Below are positions 29,162 to 37,788 of a stretch of DNA of 64,000 bases, one piece after another (the stretch's first letter is position 1; every line of letters starts with the position of its first letter). The notes beneath the pieces are model-generated. The model worked only from the letters and a program-made list of their open reading frames with translations. It was not told the origin of the DNA and searched no databases. The translations under genes were made by a program, and so were the position numbers. Source of the stretch: an uncultured Eubacteriales bacterium. GTDB taxonomy: Bacteria > Bacillota > Clostridia > Oscillospirales > Acutalibacteraceae. Location: the NCBI GenBank assembly GCA_900314355.1, contig OMUY01000094.1, forward strand, positions 11,428-75,427. Reading direction: 5' to 3'.

Positions 29162-29294
29162 TGCGGAAAAAAAGAAAGTAAAAACAAAGTATATAGTGCC
29201 AAATTCAAAACTGAACTCATTTTTTCATAAGTTAATATTATTTGTCTAATGTTTTCTAATGTTTTGGTATTCACTTCAAAAAGTCCGCTTGTTA

Positions 29295-29327
29295 TAAAAA
29301 AATACGGAGGCATTTTAAAAGCCTCCG
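29295..29327 (-). terminator. Terminator of alkaline phosphatase gene
   Basis: cggaggc (29305-29311) / gcctccg (29321-29327), with the A8 run 29295-29302 giving a minus-strand U-tail. Confidence 0.7.
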
Positions 29328-29341
29328 CAAAATTTTTTATT

Positions 29342-30502
29342 TCAGCTTCCGAAATCGATATTTTTATTTATCGTGCTTGCGCCTCTCGGAAATTCTTTTT
29401 CGGTAAAGCCGAGCGTATACGCCGCCCTCTTCGGTATTTCAATGTTGTTTATCTGTTCGCCCTGCCCGATAAATTTATCGGAGCCGTAGACATAGCACGG
29501 AACGTTTACGCCGGAGTGAGATGTTTTGGTATATTTATACTCTCCGTCTTTCAGGGTTATTCCGCCCGTTTCATGGTCCGCCGTGATTATTACAAGCGTG
29601 TGGCCGTCCTTTTCCGCGAAATCGAGCGCCTCCGCAATAGCTTTGTCAAATTCCGCAAAAGCTTCGTCCATTCCCTCCGAGTTGTTGGAATGTGAATTTT
29701 TATCTATATGAGCGCCTTCAACCATAAGGAAAAATCCGTCATCGTCTTTGCTCAATACGTCTATAGCCTTTTCCGTCATCATCTCGAGATTTGGCGATTC
29801 GTTTCTCGCGTCAAGGTGCCAAAGCTCGTCGGGAAACTGAGCGTAAGTTTTTTCACCCAACGCAACGTTATTCATCTCGTCCGCAGTATCTATATATTCA
29901 TAACCGGCTTTTTCCACCTGAGATTCTGTTGCGAGATCGTCCGCTGCGCCCCATATAAGGTCTATGTCGGATTCAAGTTCGGAGGCTATTATATCCTTTG
30001 TATTCTGCCTTTTAAACGCGTGAGCCGAAAAAGCCGCCGGCGTAGCTCCCGTTGTCTTGTCCGTCGTAACAACTCCGGTTGCCATTCCTCTGTCCCTGCA
30101 GATTTCCGTCAACGAAACAGGTCTCGAAAAAGTCTGAGCCGCGTCGAACATATAGACTCCGACAGCTCCGTTGTAAGTTCTGACTCCGCTTGAAAGAGCT
30201 GTTCCGCCCGCCGCCGAATCCGTAACTTTATTTGAAGCGGATCTCGTCCTCGACTGTCCCTTATATGGCAAAGAATCTATTGCCGTATCTGTAAGATTCA
30301 ATTCCTTTTTCGCTTTTTCTATTGAATTGAATCCCATGCCGTCGCCTATCATAAATATGACGTTTGTTATATTGCCGTCGCCGTAATAATAAGACGCGTC
30401 CTTAGTTGTGTCGCTGTAATGTCCCGTAAATCCGAGAAGACTTGCGATAATATAATAAATCGCTATAAAAAATGAGGCCGCTGCTCTTCCCAAATGAACC
30501 AT
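29342..30502 (-). CDS. Alkaline phosphatase (PhoA family), membrane-anchored/secreted
   Basis: FMIGDGMGF, active-site TDSAAGGTALSSG and ADHETGG. I prefer ATG 30502 (MVHLGRAAASFF...) with AAAGGTGG 11 nt upstream. The track GTG at 30517 abuts the SD. Confidence 0.85.
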   Translation of the reverse strand: MVHLGRAAASFFIAIYYIIASLLGFTGHYSDTTKDASYYYGDGNITNVIFMIGDGMGFNSIEKAKKELNLTDTAIDSLPYKGQSRTRSASNKVTDSAAGGTALSSGVRTYNGAVGVYMFDAAQTFSRPVSLTEICRDRGMATGVVTTDKTTGATPAAFSAHAFKRQNTKDIIASELESDIDLIWGAADDLATESQVEKAGYEYIDTADEMNNVALGEKTYAQFPDELWHLDARNESPNLEMMTEKAIDVLSKDDDGFFLMVEGAHIDKNSHSNNSEGMDEAFAEFDKAIAEALDFAEKDGHTLVIITADHETGGITLKDGEYKYTKTSHSGVNVPCYVYGSDKFIGQGEQINNIEIPKRAAYTLGFTEKEFPRGASTINKNIDFGS

Positions 30503-30690
30503 AAAAATAATAACCACCTTTCAAAAATTATCCTTACTGTTATAATATTACTATCATCGAGTTAAAAAATCTATACTTTTTTAAAAATTTATTGTTTAAA
30601 AAAGGGAAATATTTACAAATCTCACACTGAAAATTTCATATTTTTTTGATAAGCCGGCTTTTTTCAAGCGGCGCCGGATTGAATATATCA

Positions 30691-31908
30691 TTAATCTCCA
30701 GCGTTTTCCTGATTGTCCGGGGTGTCGCCTCCCGGTTCCTGCTGAGCAGCTGTCGTCTGCTGAGTAGTCGCCTGTGTAGTTGTCTCGGTCGTCGTCTCGG
30801 TTGTCGACTCCGTTGTTGCCGCTGTCGTAGTCTCTGCAGTGGTTTCGGTCGCGGCCTCGGTAGTTTGCTCGGTGGTAATTTCTTTTGTAGTCTCCGGCTT
30901 TGTCGTAATTTTCATCTTCTGCGTCGTCGTGGTTATCGCGTCTGACGTCTCTACGCTTCCGCCTCCCGAAAAACCGCCTTTCACGGCGAAAACTATGGCT
31001 ATTATGGCGGCCGCGATAATCAGAACGGACACGACGACTATAAGAGCCTTTACGCCCGGCGTCATTCCCTGCTTCTGGTCGGGGTCGTCCGTTGCGTAAG
31101 CCGATACATTTCTCGGGTCGTTCTGCTCCGCATCGGATCTTATGGCTCCGCTGTCCCTGTCAGCCGATGAAATACATGTAACGCCTGTTGAATTTGTGAC
31201 CGACAAAGCAATAGACGGATTTACAACTATTGACTCCGCCATAGTATTGAGAATCATCGGCAGGTAGATATGAACTCCTTTTACGTTGTAGCCTGCCTGA
31301 ATGTATTTTTGTTCCTCGGTTATAAGTCTCAGTCTTGCTTTATAAATCCTGTTTCTCGCCGCCGCAACGGTGATTTTTTCCATAGAAGCTATTTCGCCTG
31401 TTTCAAATCCGCAGAAGAATTTTTCAAGTATCGCGGCTCTTAGCTGAAGAGGCATATCGGAAAGCATCTTATCCACATTTTTCATCATCGGGGAGTCTAC
31501 TTTTACACCGGCCGGATTTCTCGCCATTTCGTCCATATCGTCCGCGATTAAATCCTCGATATTATTTCCCTCGGACGATTCGGAATCCATGTAGTCGCTG
31601 AAATCAAGAGGATGAATGGCGTTTATCTTGTTGTAACATCTGTTCTGCGCAACTTGATAAAGCCATTTTTCAAAAGACATAGGCTCCGAAAAAGAGGTGA
31701 GATGGACATAAGCGTAGTTGAAGACGTCGACTGCCACGCCGGACGCCTGGGATTTGCTTTTTAATAATTTGCAGCAGAAGAAATATATCTTTTTTTCGTA
31801 CATCGAAAACAGCGACGAGAAAGCGTCCCTCTCGCCGTTTCTGAATCTAAGCAATATGTCGGATATTCGTCTGTATTCTACACTTGTCACTTTTCCCCAT
31901 CTCCTCAA
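30691..31908 (-). CDS. Sigma-70 family (ECF-like) sigma factor fused to a TM helix and Thr-rich C-terminal tail
   Basis: Region 2-like ILLRFRNGERDAFSSLFSMYEKKIYFFCCKLL...WLYQVAQNRCYN. Region 4-like LPLQLRAAILEKFFCGFETGEIASMEKITVAAARNRIYKARLRL. TM ALIVVVSVLIIAAAIIAIVFAV (nt 30982-31047), followed by a 96-aa T/E/Q/A tail. Confidence 0.7.
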   Translation of the reverse strand: MRRWGKVTSVEYRRISDILLRFRNGERDAFSSLFSMYEKKIYFFCCKLLKSKSQASGVAVDVFNYAYVHLTSFSEPMSFEKWLYQVAQNRCYNKINAIHPLDFSDYMDSESSEGNNIEDLIADDMDEMARNPAGVKVDSPMMKNVDKMLSDMPLQLRAAILEKFFCGFETGEIASMEKITVAAARNRIYKARLRLITEEQKYIQAGYNVKGVHIYLPMILNTMAESIVVNPSIALSVTNSTGVTCISSADRDSGAIRSDAEQNDPRNVSAYATDDPDQKQGMTPGVKALIVVVSVLIIAAAIIAIVFAVKGGFSGGGSVETSDAITTTTQKMKITTKPETTKEITTEQTTEAATETTAETTTAATTESTTETTTETTTQATTQQTTAAQQEPGGDTPDNQENAGD

Positions 31909-32078
31909 TGCTAAATTATATATGAAAGCCTTCTGAATTTCAATAAAAATTTATTAATGTAAATTTTTAATTCCGGATTTACGGAAAATTTTGAGTGATT
32001 ACACGATATTTTTATTTTCCTTTTTTTTAAAGCGGCGGAAAAAATACGGCAATTAATAAATAAACGGATTATCCGACG

Positions 32079-32107
32079 TTGACGTTAATATCGGTTTATG
32101 ATAAAAT
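32079..32107 (+). promoter_or_regulatory. Candidate sigma-A promoter for mntP
   Basis: TTGACG (32079-32084), 17 nt including TG at -15/-14, TAAAAT (32102-32107). Confidence 0.5.
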
Positions 32108-32138
32108 TTATGGAAAATTTTTTGGTGTGAAAAAATAA

Positions 32139-32741
32139 ATGGATTTTGTATTTATCGCCGACAGCCTTCTTTTGGGCGTCGGCCTGGCTATGGACGCTTT
32201 TTCCGTTTCCGCGGCATACGGACTTACCGAACCTGCGATGAAAAAGCCTCGCGAAATATTTATTTCCGGCACATTCGGCGTTTTTCAGTTCGCCATGCCT
32301 CTGCTCGGATGGATTCTTGTAAAGACGGCCGTAAATCAGTTTGAAAAAATCAACAGATTTATCCCGTGGGCGGCTTTCATAATTTTAATGTTTCTCGGAA
32401 TAAAGATGATAATAGAATCATTGCGGGAAAACAGAGAAAAAGAAGAAAAAGAAGCGGAACAAATAAAGAAAAAAGGCTCGGGATTTTTTGAAGTCATTTT
32501 AAGAGGAATTGCGACGTCGATCGACGCTCTTTCCGCAGGACTCACGATAGAAAGCTATTCGCTGCCGCAGGCGCTGTCTTCGTCCGCCATAATAGGAGCG
32601 GTGACGTTCGCTCTTTGTCTGTTCGGTATTTTTATAGGCAAAAAAGCCGGAATGAAATTTTCAAAGGGAGCCGGAATTTTAGGCGGTTCCATACTGATTA
32701 TCATAGGAATTAAAATATTTTTATCGGGGATAACAGGCTGA
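32139..32741 (+). CDS. mntP: Manganese efflux pump MntP
   Basis: LLLGVGLAMDAFSVS and a second SIDALSAGL repeat (DUF204 x2); 200 aa, 6 TM. Confidence 0.85.
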   Translation: MDFVFIADSLLLGVGLAMDAFSVSAAYGLTEPAMKKPREIFISGTFGVFQFAMPLLGWILVKTAVNQFEKINRFIPWAAFIILMFLGIKMIIESLRENREKEEKEAEQIKKKGSGFFEVILRGIATSIDALSAGLTIESYSLPQALSSSAIIGAVTFALCLFGIFIGKKAGMKFSKGAGILGGSILIIIGIKIFLSGITG

Positions 32742-32742
32742 T

Positions 32743-33651
32743 ATGTCGGAAAAATGTTTTAAATGCCCGCGAAACTGCGGCGCGGTTCGTTCAGAAAAAG
32801 CCGGTTTCTGCGGCGGAACGGACAAAATACGAATAGCGAGAGCTTCTCCCCATTTCTGGGAGGAGCCGTGTATTTCCGGAACCGGCGGAAGCGGCGCGGT
32901 GTTTTTTTCCGGCTGTCCGCTCAAATGCGTCTACTGCCAGAACCACACGATTTCATCTGAAAATTTCGGCGAAGAGGTAACTCGCGAAAGACTTGAGGAA
33001 ATCTACGGCGAGCTTATATGGAGAGGAGTTCACAATATAGACCTGATAACAGGCTCTCACTATATCGACGAGATAATTCCGACGTTAAAGCAGACGGAAG
33101 TACCGTTCGTATGGAACACAAGCTCATACGAAAAGATAAGCGAGTTGAAAAAGCTTGACGGAAAAATTCAAATATATCTGCCCGACTTAAAATATTCGTC
33201 AAAGGAAACCGCGAAAAAATATTCAAACGCTCCGAATTATCCCAAAATCGCGATTGACGCGATAAAAGAGATGTACCGTCAGACGGGACCTTATAAAATC
33301 GACAGCGACGGAATAATGATTTCCGGAGTGATTATAAGGCACCTTGTTCTTCCCGGCGAACTTGAAAACACTTACGGAGTAATTGACGCAGTGTCGGAAG
33401 AATTTAAGCCGGGAGAAGTCATGTTCTCACTTATGAGTCAGTACACTCCGATTGTAAAAAACTCAAAATATCCTAATTTAAACAGAAGGATAACGAAAGA
33501 AGAATACGAAAAAGCCGAGGATTACATGTATCTTTGCGGAATTGAGGACGGCTTTATACAGGATTTTGAATCTGCGTCGGAGGAATACACGCCTAATTTC
33601 GATTTAACCGGAGTCGAAAAGCCTGAGATAAACCCTTCCGATTTTAAATGA
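32743..33651 (+). CDS. Radical SAM protein, PflX-like (putative glycyl-radical/other activase family, COG1313)
   Basis: CPRNCGAVRSEKAGFCG...HFWEEPCISGTGGSGAVFFSGCPLKCVYCQNH. The start lies 1 nt after the mntP stop. Confidence 0.8.
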   Translation: MSEKCFKCPRNCGAVRSEKAGFCGGTDKIRIARASPHFWEEPCISGTGGSGAVFFSGCPLKCVYCQNHTISSENFGEEVTRERLEEIYGELIWRGVHNIDLITGSHYIDEIIPTLKQTEVPFVWNTSSYEKISELKKLDGKIQIYLPDLKYSSKETAKKYSNAPNYPKIAIDAIKEMYRQTGPYKIDSDGIMISGVIIRHLVLPGELENTYGVIDAVSEEFKPGEVMFSLMSQYTPIVKNSKYPNLNRRITKEEYEKAEDYMYLCGIEDGFIQDFESASEEYTPNFDLTGVEKPEINPSDFK

Positions 33652-33654
33652 CAA

Positions 33655-33695
33655 AAAACAGCCCGTCTCATTTAAAAGACGGGTTATTATTTATC
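33655..33695. terminator. Bidirectional terminator between convergent genes
   Basis: cccgtct (33662-33668) / agacggg (33677-33683), with an A-run before and ttattatttat after. Confidence 0.6.
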
Positions 33696-33702
33696 CGGTT
33701 TT

Positions 33703-34020
33703 TTATCTTTTGCGGAAACGCTTTTCGGGATCCGATACAAGAAGTATTACAACCCAGATTACAAGAGCCAGAGCGACAACGCTCAAACCCAAAAACAGGT
33801 CATTGAGCATATCGGCTCCGCTCGGCGTGAAGACAGAACTTGCGTGCTCATAGCCGTTGGGATCGCCTGCGAACTCGAATATCGAATCAACTGTCCACAT
33901 AATCGAAGCGCCCCAGTACATAAAGCAGAGCCATCTTGTCTTAAATTTGTTGTCTCTGTCACGGAAATACCATACTGCAGTAGCTGTTACGGCTGCAAAC
34001 GCGGTCACAAGTAAAGTCAT
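33703..34020 (-). CDS. Small membrane protein (105 aa), paralogue of the upstream gene
   Basis: ATGA overlap with the upstream ORF. 3 TM segments. The C-terminal block GADMLNDLFLGLSVVALALVIWVVILLVSDPEKR parallels GADAMSEVLHEMATVGVTMAAAVTAVWVVMVLVSNAIEKR. Confidence 0.6.
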   Translation of the reverse strand: MTLLVTAFAAVTATAVWYFRDRDNKFKTRWLCFMYWGASIMWTVDSIFEFAGDPNGYEHASSVFTPSGADMLNDLFLGLSVVALALVIWVVILLVSDPEKRFRKR

Positions 34021-34460
34021 TTGTCTGCCCTATCTTTAGCTGTCTCAAGTATTGCGCCGTTCTCAGCCGCGCCGCGTTTTTCTATTGCGTTTGAAACGAG
34101 AACCATAACAACCCATACGGCAGTTACTGCTGCGGCCATAGTTACGCCGACAGTCGCCATTTCATGAAGAACCTCGCTCATCGCGTCAGCTCCTGCCCTC
34201 GCCGCAGTCAAAAACGGGAATACAGGCGAAATCTCGCCGTGCCATAAATGCTCAAACGCGAGAAGTACAACGCCTCCCCATAAAAGATCTGCGAGCCAGA
34301 AAAGCTTATGCGAAAAGCCCTTATTCTGCTTTTCGTTTTCATCGGCAACACTCGATTTTGCCGCGCCGAGTTCGGCTTTTTTCTTTTCCGAATGTCTCAT
34401 AATGAGAGCTATCGCGGTAACAGCTATAGCCTCTGTTCCCGGAACCAAAAAACATGCCAT
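34017..34460 (-). CDS. Small membrane protein (147 aa), unknown family
   Basis: GGGGTG SD; 3-4 TM segments; translationally coupled to the next ORF. Confidence 0.6.
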   Translation of the reverse strand: MACFLVPGTEAIAVTAIALIMRHSEKKKAELGAAKSSVADENEKQNKGFSHKLFWLADLLWGGVVLLAFEHLWHGEISPVFPFLTAARAGADAMSEVLHEMATVGVTMAAAVTAVWVVMVLVSNAIEKRGAAENGAILETAKDRADK

Positions 34461-35005
34461 GATTAAAACACCCCATATAATTTATTGATATGATAAATAC
34501 AGACGATATAAATTAAAAAATCAACATCAATTTCGCAAATAAAAAATATTTCGGCCGGAAAAATCTGAAAATATTTTTCAGCTGCAGATATATTTTTTAT
34601 CGCCAATTAATTATGATTATTTAAAGAAAGAAAAGATTTTTTTCAGGCTCTCAACGAGTCTTGCGATAAAAGACATAATCACCATGTCTATTGAAGAGAA
34701 AGCAAGTGTGTCGAATTTACCCATAGTTAAGCGGACGCATCCTTTCGTAATCTTTTTATTTATCACATACCATTAAAATTATCTTATCACAAATTTATCC
34801 GGTTGTAAATACGAAACTTTTCTCAGTTTGTCTGATTTTTTATATAATCAATAACAATGTATCATAACGCTGATTTATTTTTATGTTAATTTTAAGAGAC
34901 ATGCTTCAAAATAATATTGAAAATAATTATATCAATATGGTATATTTTTATCATGAATTATTAATTCATACAAAACAAAAGCAAAAAAACGGAGATGTTG
35001 AAATT

Positions 35006-36283
35006 ATGGGACTTATCAGAGCCGCCGCGGGAGCGTTCGGCGGAACATTAGCCGACCAATGGAAAGAATTTTTCGTCTGTGACTCAATGGACGCGGACGT
35101 ATTGATGACAGCAGGCAGAAAAAGAATATCAGGCAGGTCTTCAAACACAAGAGCAAACAACAATATTATCACAAACGGCTCGGGCATAGTAGTCGCCGAC
35201 GGCCAGTGCATGATAATCGTAGACGACGGTAAAGTCGTGGAGTTCTGCGCGGAGCCCGGCAATTTCACTTATGAAAGATCGTCGGAGCCTTCGGTTTTTA
35301 CGGGAAGCTTCGGCGAATCGCTGAAACAGACTTTTTCCGTCATGGGCAAAAGAATAGGATTCGGAGGAGATCCGGGGCACGACCAGAGAGTTTATTATTT
35401 TAATTTAAAAGAAATAATGAACAACAAATTCGGTACGGCTAATCCTGTTCCTTTCAGAGTTGTAGATAAAAATATAGGTCTTGACATAGACGTGTCGGTG
35501 AGATGCTCCGGTACTTACTCGTACAAAATTTCAGATCCCATCAAATTTTATTCAAAAATAGCGGGAAACGTCGAAGGAAGCTATACTCGCGAAAAGCTCG
35601 ACCCTCAGATAAAATCCGAGTTTATCAGCGCTCTTCAGCCGTCGTTCGGAAAGCTCTCTGAGCTTGAGATAAGACCGAACCAGATAGTTTCCCACATTAC
35701 GGAACTCGAAAATGCTTTAGACGATTCGCTTTCGGAAAAATGGGAAAATCTAAGAGGAATAAAGGTAGTATCTGTAGCTATAAACACTTTGACGCTGCCG
35801 GAAGAAGATCAGGAGAGAATCAAAGAGGCTCAGAGAGCCGGAATGCTCAGAAATCCGGCAATGGCGGCAGGAACGATAGCCGGAGCGCAGGCGGATGCCA
35901 TGAGGACAGCCGCCGGAAACGAGGCGGGCGCCATGAACGGATTTATTGGAATGGGGATGACCATGAACGCGGGCGGAATGAACGCCGGAAATCTATTCAA
36001 CATCGCGTCTCGGCAAAGCGCCGTGCAGAGAACGGCAGGCACATGGGTCTGCCCTAAGTGCGGTCGTGAAAATGAGGAAGATTCAAAATTCTGCGCCGAA
36101 TGCGGAACGGCAAAACCGGCGGAAGAATCAGAATGGATATGCGGGTGCGGAACGAAAAACACAGGAAAATTCTGCACAAACTGCGGAAAGATTAGACCTG
36201 AAGCAAAATTTTGTCCCGGCTGCGGCAGAAAAATAGACAACCCGAATGATAAATTCTGCCCCGAGTGCGGTCATAAACTTTAA
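35006..36283 (+). CDS. SPFH/YdjI-like (COG4260 'virion core protein-like') protein with three C-terminal zinc ribbons
   Basis: Start moved to ATG 35006 (MGLIRAAAGAFGGTLADQWKEFF...), with GGAG 11 nt upstream. Architecture parallels B. subtilis YdjI. Gly/Met/Ala/Asn-rich linker, then WVCPKCGRENEEDSKFCAECG, WICGCGTKNTGKFCTNCG and KFCPGCGRKIDNPNDKFCPECG. Confidence 0.75.
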   Translation: MGLIRAAAGAFGGTLADQWKEFFVCDSMDADVLMTAGRKRISGRSSNTRANNNIITNGSGIVVADGQCMIIVDDGKVVEFCAEPGNFTYERSSEPSVFTGSFGESLKQTFSVMGKRIGFGGDPGHDQRVYYFNLKEIMNNKFGTANPVPFRVVDKNIGLDIDVSVRCSGTYSYKISDPIKFYSKIAGNVEGSYTREKLDPQIKSEFISALQPSFGKLSELEIRPNQIVSHITELENALDDSLSEKWENLRGIKVVSVAINTLTLPEEDQERIKEAQRAGMLRNPAMAAGTIAGAQADAMRTAAGNEAGAMNGFIGMGMTMNAGGMNAGNLFNIASRQSAVQRTAGTWVCPKCGRENEEDSKFCAECGTAKPAEESEWICGCGTKNTGKFCTNCGKIRPEAKFCPGCGRKIDNPNDKFCPECGHKL

Positions 36284-36382
36284 AGAAAAATTTTCAGTCC
36301 GGAGAAAATAAATAATTTCCGGACATCTTGAAATATCTGCCGCCGGATTATTTTAATCTCCGGCGCGTTTCGGAGTTTTACA

Positions 36383-37744
36383 ATGTTTGAAAAAGAAATA
36401 AAAAAATTTATCGACGACAATACCGACAATATTATAAATGACGTAATAAGTCTTTGCAGAATCGACAGCTCCAACTCGGACGACAGAAAACCTTTCGGCC
36501 GGGGTTCCTTTGACGCCCTTGAAAAAGCCGCCGCGATAATGGAAAAATCAGGTCTCAGTGTAGAAAAATACGACGGATACGGCGTTACAGGCTCTTTGAA
36601 AGGAGAAAACGACGAACCCGAACTCGATATACTTGTACACGCGGACGTAGTGCCCGGCAACGAGGGGTGGACAGTTACAAAGCCTTTTGAACCTGTTGTA
36701 AAAGACGGAAAAATATACGGCAGAGGAACAGCCGACGACAAGGGTCCGGCCGCCGCGGCTATATACGCGGTCAAAGCAGTCGGGGAAATTTGTCCCGAAC
36801 TAAAAAAAACGGTGCGTATAGTAATCGGCGGAAACGAGGAGATGGGCGGCGAAGAAGATCTTAAATATATTTTCTCAAAGACAAATCACGCGAGATATTC
36901 GGTATCACCCGACGCCGACTACCCTGTAATCAATGCCGAAAGAGGACATTCAAATATCGAGATTAAATTCAAAAACACCGGACGAATCACAAATTTCAAA
37001 GCTGGGAAAAGAGCAAATATGATACCTGCCGCCGCAGAGGCCGAAATCAAAGATTTGACAGACGGCGAAAAAGAAAAGATCAAAGAAAAAGCGGCAGCCG
37101 CAGGCGCGGAAAAAGTCGAATTCAACGGCGGCAAAATCATTTTTACCGGCGTTGGCGGTCACGCCTCGACGCCCGAAATCGCATCTAACGCGATATTGAT
37201 ATCTTTCGCCGCTTTATCTGATATTGACGAAAAATTCAGAGAGCTTTCTCATCTTTTCCCGGCGGGCGACTGCCACGGAAAAAATCTCGGCGTAGACATG
37301 AAAGACGACGAATCAGGCGAAATCACCGTAAGTTTTGACATGCTGAATCTCGAAAACGGCGAATTTACAGGCGTAATAGACTCGAGAACACCTAAATCGG
37401 CGACAAAAGAAAATTTCTTCGACGTTATCAGAGAAAAAACAGAGAAAATAGGGGTTGATTCTTTCCTTCTTTTCATGTCAAAGCCGCATATAGTAAATAA
37501 GGATTCTTTCCTTGTAAAAACTCTTCTTTCATGTTATGAAAAAGCCACCGGCAAAAAAGCGGAGCCGGTAAATATCGGCGGAGGCACATACGTTCACAAC
37601 ATAGAAAACGGCGTGGGCTTCGGCATCCAGGAGCCGGGTACAGACGAAAGAATGCACGGTCCCGATGAATTTGTCGAAATAGAAAACCTTAAAAAATCCG
37701 TTGAAATTTACTTTTACTCGATTTTGGAAATCTGCGGGAAATAA
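36383..37744 (+). CDS. M20 family dipeptidase (PepV/Sapep-like)
   Basis: LVHADVVPGNEGWTVTKPFEPVVKDGKIYGRGTADDKGPAAAAIYA; 453 aa. Confidence 0.85.
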   Translation: MFEKEIKKFIDDNTDNIINDVISLCRIDSSNSDDRKPFGRGSFDALEKAAAIMEKSGLSVEKYDGYGVTGSLKGENDEPELDILVHADVVPGNEGWTVTKPFEPVVKDGKIYGRGTADDKGPAAAAIYAVKAVGEICPELKKTVRIVIGGNEEMGGEEDLKYIFSKTNHARYSVSPDADYPVINAERGHSNIEIKFKNTGRITNFKAGKRANMIPAAAEAEIKDLTDGEKEKIKEKAAAAGAEKVEFNGGKIIFTGVGGHASTPEIASNAILISFAALSDIDEKFRELSHLFPAGDCHGKNLGVDMKDDESGEITVSFDMLNLENGEFTGVIDSRTPKSATKENFFDVIREKTEKIGVDSFLLFMSKPHIVNKDSFLVKTLLSCYEKATGKKAEPVNIGGGTYVHNIENGVGFGIQEPGTDERMHGPDEFVEIENLKKSVEIYFYSILEICGK

Positions 37745-37785
37745 AAAACATCCGGCGGTCTTAACTTGACCGCCGGGTTATTTTA
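37745..37785. terminator. Bidirectional terminator
   Basis: 9-bp stem ccggcggtc (37752-37760) / gaccgccgg (37768-37776), with an A-run before and gttatttta after. Confidence 0.65.
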
Positions 37786-37788
37786 ATT

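Noticed and set aside
30694-30981. Apparent DNA tandem repeat / minisatellite in the Thr-rich tail (and the poly-Ser tracts at about 14540-14700)
   Set aside because: These are biased codon runs (ACn/GAn or TCn/GAn) without a fixed repeat unit that I could phase. They are low-complexity coding sequence rather than a discrete repeat element.
31937-32138. Possible yybP-ykoY (Mn2+) riboswitch upstream of mntP, its classical target
   Set aside because: The invariant GGGGAGTAG and TTGACATA...AGCAAGACC blocks are absent. A good promoter (TTGACG-17-TAAAAT at 32079-32107) leaves a leader of only about 25 nt, too short for the riboswitch.
34883-35005. N-terminal extensions proposed by the track (also 22714-22782, 42344-42382, 30503-30517, 61287-61295)
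   Set aside because: Each extension lacks an SD and/or lies in AT-rich promoter-like sequence. In each case an internal ATG has a proper SD and gives the family-typical N-terminus.
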